A DNA stretch of 64,000 bases from assembly GCA_964188305.1 (NCBI GenBank), contig OZ076888.1; one strand, written 5' to 3'. The notes under the pieces were generated by a model. That model was not told the origin of the DNA, did not search any database, and was given only the letters and a program-made list of their open reading frames with translations. Positions 1 to 12,290 of this stretch are shown piece after piece. Made by a program: the position numbers and the translations under genes. This stretch comes from Podarcis bocagei (taxonomy: Eukaryota). Numbering within the stretch: position 1 is the stretch's first letter; each line of letters begins with the position of its first letter.

Positions 1-680
1 CCTTATTGAAAGCAAATGATACTCAAGTCAACACACATCCAAAACTCCTTCAAACCCACACCCTAAACACATTATCATGATTACACTTCAGCAATTTCAG
101 CATTTTATTTGCATTCATCTGCCTGATTTTGCAAACCGAATCCTGCTGAACCTCATTTCTCAGGACTAATAAAGTAAAGCCCTTTAAAGCAGAAAGGGTT
201 TGGCCCTTTAATATGCAGAAGGTAATTAACAAGATTCCTAAACTGTTCTCGGTTTTAGTCAGCCATTTAATTTCAAATTTGAAGCCAACTACTTTAATGG
301 ATCCATTAATGTTCCTATATTTCAGATTTAAAAATAAATAAATAATACTGTACCAGTTAAAATACTGGAACATGATACAACCTAGGAAGAAGGGTGGGAA
401 GAAAGGGAGCATCAAGAAGCAAATATTTCTGATCCTTAAAGTCAAAATTAAAGGGAAACAAAGAATATTGAATCACAACCTGACTCTAATTTTTACTTGA
501 GATTTTTAACATATGTGAGTGCCCTCAGCTACTATATAGCTTGAATTATTTCAGTGAAAATAGCTAATGAAGTCAGGCATGTGCTAGAATGGCAAAAGCA
601 GTGTTTGATGTAACATAGAATTATATTATGAGACAAATACTGAAATATCACTTCCCCTTTACTCAAATAAAAGACATTAC

Positions 681-1562
681 CTGAAAAGGCAACAGATTGT
701 TACCATTGTCAGTCCTGAAGGCGTTGTCTTCCATCCAGGATTTTGGGGTTAGGGGAGCAGCCCGTGGAAACTTTGGTGGGGCAATGACATTGCTAGAGAA
801 GGGCTTCTTAAGAGGTGAAATGGGATTAAGTGGGGATGGCACTCCAACTCCCACTCCTACACCCACACCCACACCTACTGCCCTTCGAGGGTCCCTGCCA
901 GCTTGCAGCCCGCCCCAAGGATTGGAAGGTGTACTCCAGGCGGCATTTTGGTGGTTATTCCAGCTGGAAGGAGAAGAGGTGGAAGCTGAGGAGGAGGAAG
1001 GTTTGCTGGTCATGATGGGCTGATGGCTATAAGCAGCATTTCTCTGGGCAAAAGATGCTTGATTGGGGCTGACTGGCGATCTCCTTTGCTGCTGCTGGGC
1101 TTGCTGCTGCTGCTGTTGGTGGTGCTGAGTCTGAGCTAGGCCAATCTGGGGGGAGAAAGTGCCACCAAAAACTGGATTTACATGGTGAGGGAAATTCTGG
1201 AAAAGCATTGTCCCATTGACAGGGGTAATCCCTTGGAAAAAGCTATCATCCACTGCATTTGTGGTCCCAGTAGACCAGGTGCTTCCGAAGGAGGGAGACA
1301 AGGAGGTGCCGGCTGTAGGTTCCTGCTGAGGCTGGTGGAAACTTAAGCCTGGCAAGATGGGGGACTCCATCTGCATCTTTTCCTTGCTATTTTGGGCAGG
1401 AGCTGCTGAGCCGATGCTAGTCACTGGGCTGCTGTCCTCCTGTTTGGATGTCTCTGACGTGATGGGCGTAGAAGGGGCTTCTGCTGCGTTTGGATCTTGC
1501 TGCTGCTGCCGCTGCTGCTGGGGCTGGGCTTTGCTTTTGTCCATCAGTAAATCATCCTGCAT
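681..1562 (-). CDS. CPEB3: CPEB3 first coding exon (N-terminal Q-rich/prion-like region, 294 codons); gene continues beyond the left edge of the window
   Basis: Translation MQDDLLMDKSK...LFQNFPHHVNPVFGGTFSPQIGLAQ...VGVGVGVPSPLNPISPLKKPF...WMEDNAFRTDNGNNLLPFQ is recognisably CPEB3. Acceptor tttcag at 1574-1575 gives 11 nt of UTR (exon starts 1573). Donor CAG|gtaatg at 680. Confidence 0.97.
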
Positions 1563-3681
1563 GGTTTGCGCAGCTGAAACGAGAGGAAGGAGGGAAAAAA
1601 TCCAGAAGACAGACTGTTAACATTCATATGGCTGCTTTAGCCTTCGCCTCTGCTGCTTGCAAGAATGCCACTGCGAGCGTAACGCTGCCGCAAGTTGCAA
1701 GGCACGACTAATACGTAATCCCTACCCCCACCCCTTTAGGAGTAACAGTTTGAATCAGTGTAATCGCTCCACGTCGCTTCTAAAAATACATTTAAAGATG
1801 TTTCACCCTTTTTGATGTCTTGGTTCCCTTCAGTGTAAAGGAAAGGTATGCTTATAGGGCAGAGATATACAGCAATTTCGCCACGTCTCTTTCTCATACA
1901 CCGGAACTCAGAGCTCTCGCCCTGCAATGAGAAACTGATTCTGGTTCCTGTTTTTCCGTGCACCCTCCTCCTTCCTTGTTATTTGCATACGTCAATAAAT
2001 ACTGCTGCGTCCTTCAGCAAGGTTAAAAAGACAGCAGCCTTTACTCTCCCCCACCCCCTTTCCTATGAATAGACTTTTTAAAGGAGCCGCATACCCATTT
2101 CGCTTAATCAACAAACCGGTTCAACCAAATAATTAAAAACAGTTCAGGATCCACGATTTTAAAGCCCTGAATAAACGAAAAGAACTAAGCCAAACGGTAT
2201 TTTTTTTAAGCTACTGAAGGGGTGGGAGGCATCTTACACGTAACTAGGGGATACAGTTTTGTTTTAATAGTCCTTTTGTCTCCCATGTTAAATATGGCAT
2301 TTAATAATCCAAGAACTAAATTGCTTTGAGCAAAAAATACTGAAGCCTTCAATCCCGCATAAACTGGGGAAAGTATTCAGACGCGTTAACACTTCCTTGT
2401 AGGCATCCTCCTGCTGCAGATTTTTCCATGCACAGGCATAAAACACTAATTAATTCATATTGCCAATATAAATCACCAGATAGTAATAATGACCATTTTG
2501 TCTTCTATCTATTGTTACTAAAGAGCATTCCCTACCTCTGCACCTATGAGAACGCTATCAGAGGAACAGCAAATAGTTAAATAGGCCAAACAAAAGACGG
2601 CCGTCTGGAAAAGACGCTGAACAAATTCATAAATTAAACAGGCTTGTTTTAACAATACTGTATACTTTTCTCAAATAATATTGCAACCTTCAAAATCGAA
2701 TGTATCTCTCAACGCTATTTAACTGCATCAGTAAAATAACCAATACTTAAACAGGGGTTGCTTTGAGAAGGGTGTGAAGAAATATGAAGGTAGTGACTTC
2801 CTCTCTCATAACCACTAAATTCAAAACATTCCTGAATTTAAAATCCTTCTTCATAACAGGTAATCAAGTGAAAACATCAACATTTTTAATGGGCATAGAA
2901 GAAATATATTCAAGCAGTATTTTTTATTTTATTTTATTGCTGATCTGTGCACACAATCTAAAAATAATGCCTTGCAGGGAGTGCATAAAGAGAGTATTAA
3001 GCTAAATTCCTAATCCGAAAAGGAGCAAACTAGCGCATCTGTAGCACGCAGCTTTGCTGCTGTTGTAGGGGGTGCAGGGAAACCTTTAAAGCAGCACTGC
3101 AGCAAGCCATAATATAAAAGGCTTTGTGTAGTTTTCCATTAGCTGCGCTCCGATCAAAGTCACCACAACAGTAAAGGAAGAAAAATTAATACAATACATT
3201 TCATACAAAGAGGGACAATCAGATATATTGCTCTCCTCCTGTGTTTTAACAGCCGGTTTAGGAAAGCATTTAAACAATAGCCAATAGTAAAGTAAAACTA
3301 TTGCTTCCAATATAGCAGATAAGCTGTGCTACAACAATTTTAAGGTATTTTTAATCAACTTCATATTGAGACACTAGCTAGCATTATTTCCCCCATCGCT
3401 TCTTATACGTACGATTTCACTACAGATCTACCCCTTTGTCAAGGTCAATACCTAACCATTACGTGCACGCAGGCAAACTGAAGAGAGGCAAATTGGGTAT
3501 TACTCGGAAAAATAGGCAGCTAAATACCTAGCATTGGGCTGGTATGCGGCGCCTCCTGTTTCCTCCACCCCCTTTCCCCCCGTGTATTTGTGCCCGTCTA
3601 AACTACTGTACATGAAAATCAAATACTCCCATAATACTTCGTTTGCATGCAGTAACCCGCTTAGCCGCCGATAACAGTTAC

Positions 3682-3960
3682 CTTTTGAGTATTCTGTATT
3701 TAAAGATCAATAAAAGGAAGGGACAGTGTGTCTATTTCCTTCTTTCGGGTTTGGTATATGACAAATAGAAATTGCTCTGGCAAGAGCACTTTGACAACTG
3801 TAAGCAGAAGACGCATGTGCAACCGCGGAATTGTGGGGATTGAAGTCTTTCCTTGAACAGAGGCAAGCTGGGAGAAGAGTGCTCAAAGCACCAAGGCACG
3901 TTTGTAAAACAGAAAGAGCTTGCAGCTCTCTCATGGCTGAAAGCCTCTCGATCACTCCTC
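3682..3960 (-). other. Candidate alternative non-coding first exon of CPEB3
   Basis: Strong donor AAAAG|GTAACT at 3681 in a repeat-free segment (3400-3960) that retains CpGs. The 5' boundary is a guess. Confidence 0.4.
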
Positions 3961-4410
3961 AGGAGGCAAAACTGGTTTAACAGGTACCTTTGGAGCCAAG
4001 CATTTTATTAGGCACGGGTCACTCTGATTTTAATTTAGATTTGGGTCAAGATGTTATTTATAATTTTTTTAGAGAGAGATTTGAGCCGCATCTAAATTAA
4101 GATCCAACAGAGTAATAGTGATCCAAAGTAAGCAACTGTAATACTAGCTAATTATTGGGTATTTTTCAATTTTAAAAAGTACAACACAAAAACACCTGGT
4201 TGCCATAATAGATCAAATAAAAAAATCTATCCCGTACTTTCTCCAACAGTGCACATCATACAACACTAAGAAGATTACAAGCAAATACAACCCCCCCCCC
4301 ATGTTCAGGGTGTTTGTGTGTGTGTGTGTGTGTGTTATGTACATACATACACACAATCACATCAAACAACAGTTATGCTCATCTTCCACCTAAGCATCTT
4401 CAGGTGTGTA

Positions 4411-4639
4411 CAGTGGTACCTTGGGTTACATACGCTTCAGGTTACGGACTCCACTAACCCAGAAATAGTACCTTGGGTTAAGAACTTTGCTTCAGGATGA
4501 GAACAGAAATCATGCTCCGGCGGCGCGGCAGCAGCAGCAGGAGGCCCCATTAGCTAAAGTGGTGCTTCAGGTTAAGAACAGTTTCAAGTTAAGAACGGAC
4601 CTCCGGAACAAATTAAGTACTTAACCCGAGGTACCACTG
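4411..4639. mobile_element. Tc1/mariner (Tigger/pogo-like) non-autonomous MITE
   Basis: TIRs CAGTGGTACC(T/C)..GGTTA / TAACCCGAGGTACCACTG with TA on both flanks; same family at 38381 and 38870. Confidence 0.9.
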
Positions 4640-5289
4640 TATACTGCACTGCTGAAAAGGGGAAGGCAATTGACACAAAGTTTTATTTTCATCTTATTAA
4701 TGGGAAGCAGGTTTCATATTGGTTTCTTCAAAATAGTCTTACTGTTTAAGTTATTATAATGCCCTTCATTCTTAAAGCATATCCTAGTCAAATGCCTTGG
4801 ATTCACATATAGCTTTTGGGCAGGGATAAATTTGGGTAACATATATTCCTGCAACAAAAGTGGCAGAAATGGAAATCCTTGTTTTTCAACACATCACATG
4901 TATCAGAATTCCTTTACAGTACTGTGCTTTAGATACCTACTTCCCAACCCCACAGTCCCAAAGGTTGTCAGGTTAGTCTGACTAACCAAAGTACAGCATT
5001 ATCATAAATCACTTTAATTATCTCTCTTCCTGTGTTATGAATAATAATAGAATGGCGTGACTTTAATAAGCCAAGTTAAATGTACAAAATTGCATGTTTT
5101 CCCAATTACCAACCAATGAGCATTTTACTTCACAGTAGTACCTTGGAAAGACATATACCAAAGATTACTATGCTTAAGTAGCATTATGTACTGTTAATAA
5201 GATACAGGGCTTTTAAACAAGTTTGGATTTGGCTATGTTAGATTTCAGCCAATTGTTTATTCAGATGTCAATTCCAGAAAGTACAATCG

Positions 5290-5630
5290 GGCCTTTCTCC
5301 CATACAAACTATCATCTTCCATCTGCCTCTGATCTGAGGAAGGCAGTGGAAAGCCTGAATTAGTGCCTGGAAACTGTGAGAAGCTGGATGCCAATGAACA
5401 AACTTAATTCAGATAAGATGAAATAACTGTTTGTAGGATCTAGGATTACAAATACAACCTGTCATGGATACAGCTGCACTCTTTCTGAAAATTCAGAATC
5501 ACAGCGAGAGGGTATTCCTTCATGCTGCTTCTGAATTATCAGATCATGCCAGTTGACTAGAAATGCCTTTTACCAAGTTTGGTTACTATACCACATGTCC
5601 CCTTTCCTGGAGAGGGCATGCCTAACCACG
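5290..5630 (+). mobile_element. Degenerate L2-type LINE ORF2 remnant
   Basis: Decayed 'CL..V..WM..NKL..N.DK' reverse-transcriptase C-terminal motif (gctggatgccaatgaacaaacttaattcagataag); a similar remnant lies at ~7830-8110. Confidence 0.55.
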
Positions 5631-6659
5631 TCAGTCTTGCTTCATTTGTAAACCATTCTGTATTATATTATTTTGGAACAAAAATAATAATAGGGAGCCA
5701 GACTGTAACCTGAAAAACAGGTGTTTATTTTTATGTGTAGGGATCAAACAAGAGACATAGTAGCAGCTGCTTCTGCCCACTCCTCCCCTAGGTCCTTTAA
5801 TCCACCCCTCTCCCCTGCCTGCAGGAGCAGTGGTGGCTGGTGCCCAACGTGTCTGGTAGGGTGGAATGCAAGAAGACCAACAGTAGGAGGAACCAAAGTG
5901 AATGGCAGACTGAGCCACCCTTGACTGGTTGTAAGTAAGAAGATGGCTATATAGGGGTTGAGTAAGGGCAGACTTGGGTTGGTAGGGTAGTGCCCCAATT
6001 GCCCCAATGGGTCAGCCTCCACTATGCAGAAGTGAACAGAAATCAGCCTTTGTATCCATCCCCGCCCCAAGATGGGGTTGTCTCCAAGGCATGCTTAAGC
6101 CAAGACCCTAAGACAATAAAGCATTAATTGCCCCAACCACAGCATCATTTTTGCACTGAACAGAACATCCAAGAAAGTCAGCAGCAATGAAATAACTCTT
6201 GTTTGCATGCCTTCTCTTTTTTCAGGTTAAAGGAGGTCCACTATGTCTTTTCATAATTATCTTCCAAGTTCTGGAACAGTGGACAAAAAGGACAAGGGAA
6301 TAACAGACAGGATCCGCCCTGGCTAGCTTTTTTGTTGCTTGATCACTATGGCAAAAGGTATACCATTTATTTTCAACACTGACTGGCAGCAGCTGTCCAG
6401 GGTTCCAGGCTCAGAACATACCCAGCACTCTCTGGAGATACCACTGGGATTGAATCTGTATTCAGAAGGTTCCAGAATCAATCCCTGGTGTCTGCATAAA
6501 AATGGATGAGGAAGGGAAAATATAAATGGTCTGAACCTGGTATAAGAGGACAACTTCTGGGGTGTGAGGGGATTAGGGGAGGGATGGTACCTCTACTGGG
6601 GGACACATCATGCTCTGTTGGGGGTAGTTTGAGAGTAAACTCTGAGGAAAAATCTGTAC

Positions 6660-6990
6660 CCACTGCCTTGTGGGACATCTTTGGAAGATGAAAAAGCCAA
6701 GGAGTTAACCCTACACAAACCTGGAGTGCAGTCCCTAAGATGGTTAGATGGTGCTTTCTACACCTCCTTACAACAACTCCTGCAGCTAAGCTTGTGCCAA
6801 ATGTGTTACTCTACTTTCCTTTGGACCACATCAACAAGGCTGAGAGAGGGGTCTTGTCATCTCAGCAGCCCAGGCTTGTGCCACGAGGAGGTCACTTTGG
6901 TGCTGCTTATGCAGCAGTTTGATTTCACCCCCGGAAGCACACTCTATTGCCTCTCGAGACAGACAGCTGCTGCCGCCAACAACAACAACT
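6660..6990 (+). mobile_element. RTE-related retroposon 3' remnant
   Basis: Ends ...cctctcgagacagacag...gccaacaacaacaac, an RTE-type 3' terminus with a (CAA)n tail. Confidence 0.5.
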
Positions 6991-7378
6991 CATTCTCAAT
7001 GCTGCAAGCTACATGCTAATATTCAAAATATACAAAACTATCAGCTAATAGGAAAACAAATGAATTTTAACAGGCAGCTTTAAATAGAGCAAAACAATGT
7101 ATCAGAAGGTTACACTTCTAGCATTCTGTAGAAGTATACCACTAGCATGACCCCCAAAGCAACTCCAATCTGCAGACAGAAATAACTAAGAATTGTTACA
7201 AACCCTAATAGCTAAATTGTTATAAATATTATTGCATCCCACTTTGTAGTTCTGCCATGTTTAACAATTGCAAAACCAATATCAATTACTATGTACAAAT
7301 TAAAATTGATAGGAGATAAATTATCAGGGAAACATAATGGAGTTTAATCCTTTCATAAAATTAACCAAACAGAAACAT

Positions 7379-7645
7379 TAAAGGAAAAGGGACCCCTGAC
7401 TGTTAGGTCCAGTCACGGACGACTCTAGGGTTGCGGCACTCATCTCGCTTTATTGGTTATGGGAGCTGGCGTACAGCTTCTGGGTCATGTGGCCAGCATG
7501 ACTAAGCTGCTTCTGGCGAACCAGAGCAGTGCACGGAAATGCCGTTTACCTTCCTGCCGGAGTGGTACCTATTTATCTACTTGCACTTTGACGTGCTTTC
7601 AAACTGCTAGGGTGGCAGGATCTGGGACAGAGCAACAGGAGCTAT
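7379..7645 (-). mobile_element. Sauria SINE, 5'-truncated
   Basis: Reverse-complement homology to the full copy at 23489 (gggacccctgac...catgtggccagcatgactaagc...acttgcactttgacgtgctttc). Confidence 0.9.
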
Positions 7646-9434
7646 TAGGAACTGACTAATTTTAAGTTTTCACATTTGTAGAGTGCACCAATTTTGAAGC
7701 AAAAAGACAATTTTTGCACAGAAGTGTTTTGTTGAGTCTGAAATTATGGTCTTGTGATCCAGTTGTTTGAGCAGCAATATTATCAATATGTGGATAGCTC
7801 TACCACTTTTTCACTTTCTAATTCCAGTGTGGAAACACCCTCAGCAGGTTCCAGTCTGATTACAGGACTGGAATGGATGAGGGCTAACAAAGTAAAAAAT
7901 AATCCAGGTTTTTCTTAAATATCATGGTTTGGAAAATCTAGTAATTAGAATGTTTAGATTTGACTCTGGATGGGGTCATACTCTTCTTGAAGAGCTAGTT
8001 ACAAAGTCTCCAAGTGACATTAGGTGCCAGGAATGTTTTCACCAGCTTCAGCTGGTTCAGCAGTTGCAGCCTTAACTAACCTGACCAGCCACAGTGATGC
8101 ATGTACTCCCATTTCACTAAATCTCCCTAAGAGAACCATGTTGCTACTTATTTCCATATCATATCTATGTACTTGGTTATCACTGTCTATATGCTAGTCT
8201 GCATGTTTAATCAAAATATTGAAAAAGATAAAAGGTCAAAAAGTGGCAGCATTCCTTTGGCTACTTTACAGAACATTATAGCAAGTAGGCCCCAATTGGT
8301 TAGGTTACTTAGTTACACTGTACTTCAAATTTGTAACATTTTCACATAAATTTACAGCCTGGGTGTTTGTCCCCTTTACTCAACATGAATACTGTACTGG
8401 TACGCAAACAATAATCTTTTACAAAAATGCCTCCGAGCTCCAGCACCCTCTTCCCAGGAGAAAAGTCTCCTGAATGGTACTTCTGTTGACTCAGAAATTG
8501 AGGTTGAGAAACACAGCCATAATAAAATGTTGGTTTCAATTACAGCCACAGCCTCCCCAATAAAAAAAGATTTTGAGAAGCCACAAAACTCATGAAAAGC
8601 ATATTATTAACCAACTCGCAACACATACTCAAAGCGTATTTGCTTATTGCCTTTGGTTGAGGCAGGTGACCTTTTTTGTGGCAGGGTGGTGATGGTGGCA
8701 GCAGCGGCAATTGTGTCATCTTTTGGCAAGAAAAGTAGCTATTCTCTATAGTGGTTCTGGCTAGTACAGTGAAGAGTTGGGTTGAAACCCCTCAGCTGGG
8801 AAACTCACTTGGTGACCATGGGTCAGTCACCCCCCTCTCAGCCTAACCTACCTAATAGGGGAGTTTGAAGGATAAAAGTGTGGGGCAGGGAGCTGGAAGG
8901 ACCATTTGCGCAGAGGGAAAAGCCTCCTGGAGGAAAGGCTAAGTAGATCAAGGTAATAAACAAGTATACTGTACATGAAGTTCTTTAAGCGAGCACAGTC
9001 AGTCAAGGAGTCACAGCCCAGCCACCCCTTTGCCCCAAAAGGACGTCTGTGACGAGGGGGGTGGTGGGAGAGAGTTGCCCCCCCCCCGCTGAATGCCCTG
9101 GGACAAAGGAGGCGCACCTGTACCAGTGGGGAAGGCAAGGCAAAGGGGGGGCGAAGGAGCTTCAATGTGATGATGTAACCGAAAAATACCTCTCCCCACC
9201 CCACCTCACCCACCACCGTCTCCGCACAGGGAGCGGGGGAAATGAGAGTTGTGGAAACACTCGCCCATCTCTCTCTGTTTCCTCCTCCCCAAGGAAGGAA
9301 GGGAGGGTGGGGAGCAAGGAGCAAGAACTGACAGCGTCGAGGTGTGTGCTGACCTTTCCCTCAGCGAGCGTAGCCATCTCGCCGCTCCCCCAGCCGAAGG
9401 CAAAACCCCAACCCCGGCCGGCCCGCGCTCTCAC

Positions 9435-9560
9435 GCAGCGGCGGCGGCGGGCGAGGAGGAGCAGGGCAACGAGCAACTGTCGCGAGCGAGCGCGCCGTTA
9501 GAAGAAGAAGAAGGCGGCAGGGCGAGGGGGTTGGGAGGGGGAGGGAAAGGGGAATTTAAA
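9435..9560 (-). other. CPEB3: Probable CPEB3 non-coding exon 1 (boundaries uncertain)
   Basis: Donor-like TGC|GTGAGA at 9434 on the minus strand inside the CpG island; an alternative donor AAG|GTCAGC lies at ~9353. Confidence 0.4.
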
Positions 9561-9588
9561 TCCCCCCCTCAGGGCCGGCGAAGAGCGG

Positions 9589-9610
9589 GAACTACATCTC
9601 CCATGGTGCC
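9589..9610 (+). promoter_or_regulatory. ZNF143/THAP11 (SBS) motif
   Basis: gaACTACAtcTCCCAtggTGCc fits the consensus ACTACAnnTCCCAnnATGC and lies between the two predicted start regions. Confidence 0.75.
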
Positions 9611-9977
9611 TTGGGCGCGCTCTGCGGTATCTCAGCTCGGAGTGGGCGAGAAGGGAACCAGGAGCAGCGGCGGTTCCTCTGTGAGGTAAGAGGGCCCCGC
9701 GCGTGCGCAATTGCCCTCGCTCCTCCCCGCCCCCTCGCCCGCTCCGAGGCTGCGGCTCTGTTGTGCCTCTCGCTCTCCTTGCCCCCCCCCTCCTTTACCG
9801 GCCTAGGTCGCCGTCTAGTCAAAGGAGCCCGTCACCGCTCGGAAGGAGAGCCTCCTGCCGCTTCCTCCTCCTCCTCCTCCTCCTCTTCCTTGGCGGCAGG
9901 TTCTAGGCCTTGCTTCTCCCGACCGGCTCCTGGCGCCTGTCGTAGCCGAGCCCCCGGGCTCCCCGCACCCGGAGAGG

Positions 9978-10021
9978 ATGTCGGAGCAGACGGGCTTGCT
10001 GATACCGCAGACCATGGACAG
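9978..10021 (+). CDS. MARCHF5: MARCHF5 coding exon 1 (MSEQTGLLIPQTMDR)
   Basis: ATG at 9978, donor AG|gtacgg; phase 2 joins exon 2 to give DRSCWVC. Confidence 0.9.
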
Positions 10022-12153
10022 GTACGGGGAAAGAAGGGGAGCTGCGGGAGGTCAGGCGGGCCCGTTTCTAGGTGCGCCTTGAGGGGATGATTTTGGAGCA
10101 GGAACCGGGTCGAAGGGAAAGCACGCGTGGAGGCACCGCACCATCCTGGGCCGCGACGGCCTATATGCGTGCAAAAAGTCACGGGGGGATTTGAGGGGAG
10201 CTGCTTGCCCTAGGCCTGAGCGGATGTGGAAACGAGGGCACAAAAAGAAACGCAGGGCTGTTTGTGTCTTTTTTTTGGGGGGACAGGGGATTGGAGAGTT
10301 GCTGCTGTGTCCCCACCAGGAGCATTCTGAGGGTTAATGAGGCCTTGGGCCCAAATCACACACACACACCGTTTGCTGTCAAATGTCTTCCAGTAGAAAC
10401 TGTTGCTAAGTTCACCTTGCAGTAATCTTAAAATTAGTAGCCCCTACAGTGCTGTTAAAAACATCTATGTCAACACCCACAACCCCTATTTTAGTAGCTT
10501 ACAGATCTTGCATATAAAACAATGAGTTGTGATCAGATGTTTCCACCACATGGAGCAACCTTGTGCTCATACTACCACTGCATGTCCGAGTAACCTTTTC
10601 TATGTCTTTGTCACTATCCTTCAGCACTGACTACTTCAGAGTCCCCAGGCCTTCATTCCAAAAGAGTTTGAATTCTGTGGCCCAGAAGGACAGGAGTGCT
10701 ACTGTTCTGGCTTCGTGGTTGCAGGGGAGAAGCAGAGAATAAAGATTAAGTTAGAAACCTAGTATGTGGAGGGTTGGGACAACTTTTCAAAGGATTCTTG
10801 TAGAGTTGAGATCCAGCTATATGACTGTAGCTTGCTGTACGATCTTTTCATTCCATAGTGTACTGCTACAGTGATCACTGCAGTTCCACAGTTTTTGTTG
10901 GCTTACCTTTTATCTACAGTAATAACATGTAAGAGACGGGTCCTGTTAGTAATTCTATATACTGTATTGCTTTTTTGTTGTGGTGGGTGGCATGATAATG
11001 GAAATAACCCAGACTTAGCCTGTGCTTTTTTTTACCTAGTGACAGAAGGTAAATTCCCGTATCTTTGAGAATGGCCCTATTGACTTGAGTAAGGCAAAAT
11101 GGTTACATTAGTCGAGGAACCACAGTCTCATTTAACTGCATTCCAATAATACAGGCAACAATGAATTTATGTGTGTCCAACTGATGCACAACCATGATAG
11201 GGCATTGCAGCAACCTGGAAAGGGGGCAGAAGTGAAGCAGGCATATGCATGCTCCGCCGCCGCATGTGATAACCCAGAATGCAACTCCCACACAAATCAT
11301 GTGTTGCCTGTATTGTAGTTACTGGATATAAGGGATTGATACTGGGTGTTGATATGGGCTGTTGGAGGAGGGGTAGTACCTCTGGTGGGGGACACATGCT
11401 GTCTGGGGTGGTTTGTCCACCTTTGGTTCCCATCCTGCACTCAGTCAGCTCTCACCTGTGGCTCTTAGAAGCTGTCAGCATGCAACAGTGGCCACACCTC
11501 AGGAAATGGCTTCAGCTGGCTGGCTAAAACAGCTGAGGGTAGTCAATGGGTCTCAAACCCTCAGTGTGTTAAGGACTTCCCCTGCACTTAAGTGCTGCTA
11601 GCAGTGCAGAAGTCTGCAGTTACAAGTTACTGGTTTCTGCAGCCATAACAGGCACTGTGATTCTCCAGTGGTTTGACTGCACCCCTGGAGACACATTCCA
11701 TTGGCTCTGGAGACAAGACAGATGCCAACTTAATAGATAAGTGGATTTTTGGGGTCACATTGTTTGAAGTGTATTAACAAATCAAGAGGAAACACTGTCA
11801 TGAGCTATTGGCAGAAGTTGTATAGTGTACAATACCAATTGCTTGGGATATTGCTGTTGGTTTGTATCCACAAAATGAGAGATACAGCATTAGGACAATT
11901 CTTTATTGTACCACCTTGATGGAAATGGTTTCATTGGTTTTTAAAGAAGACTTTTAAGTTCATACTATTTAGGCTAAATCGTATATAGTATAGCAAAATA
12001 GAATTTGTAAGACTGAAGAAATGCATTGGTTTGCCTGCTTGCTTTTAGTTCATGTTAGCCGTCGTGCAAAACTCCTGAAGTTTTAATTAGCATTGACTTA
12101 ACTAAACAAAGAGAATGCTAAATGAAATTTTGGAGAGGCAAATACCAATGTAC

Positions 12154-12290
12154 CAGTCCTTTTTTTCTAGAAAAATAGGTGCTGGTACTCACCATGAAGT
12201 TGTTACAGTAAGTGCCTCACTTCTTAACAACAACAAAAGAGGTGCTAGTACTGTGTACCCTTGAGTACCCCCTGGGGGGGGGAAGCACTG
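12154..12290. mobile_element. Short hAT-type MITE
   Basis: Ends CAGTcCTT / AAGCACTG; 8-bp TSD caatgtac / caatgtag. Confidence 0.75.

Larger units (their letters stand above)
9040..10240. promoter_or_regulatory. CpG island / bidirectional promoter shared by CPEB3 (-) and MARCHF5 (+)
   Basis: Sharp GC and CpG enrichment, contains MARCHF5 exon 1, GC boxes and an NRF1-like gcgcgtgcgca near 9698-9709; head-to-head gene arrangement. Confidence 0.9.

Noticed and set aside
1-680. CPEB3 HDV-like self-cleaving ribozyme
   Set aside because: The mammalian ribozyme lies deep in the intron after this exon. Only 680 nt of AT-rich intron are in the window and no matching GC-rich pseudoknot sequence was seen.
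697-1023. Plus-strand ORF with a PT repeat, and other ORFs overlapping CPEB3
   Set aside because: Antisense shadow of the CPEB3 VG-repeat exon.
8848-10243. Many overlapping 60-160 aa ORFs
   Set aside because: Expected stop-codon scarcity in a CpG island; low-complexity translations.
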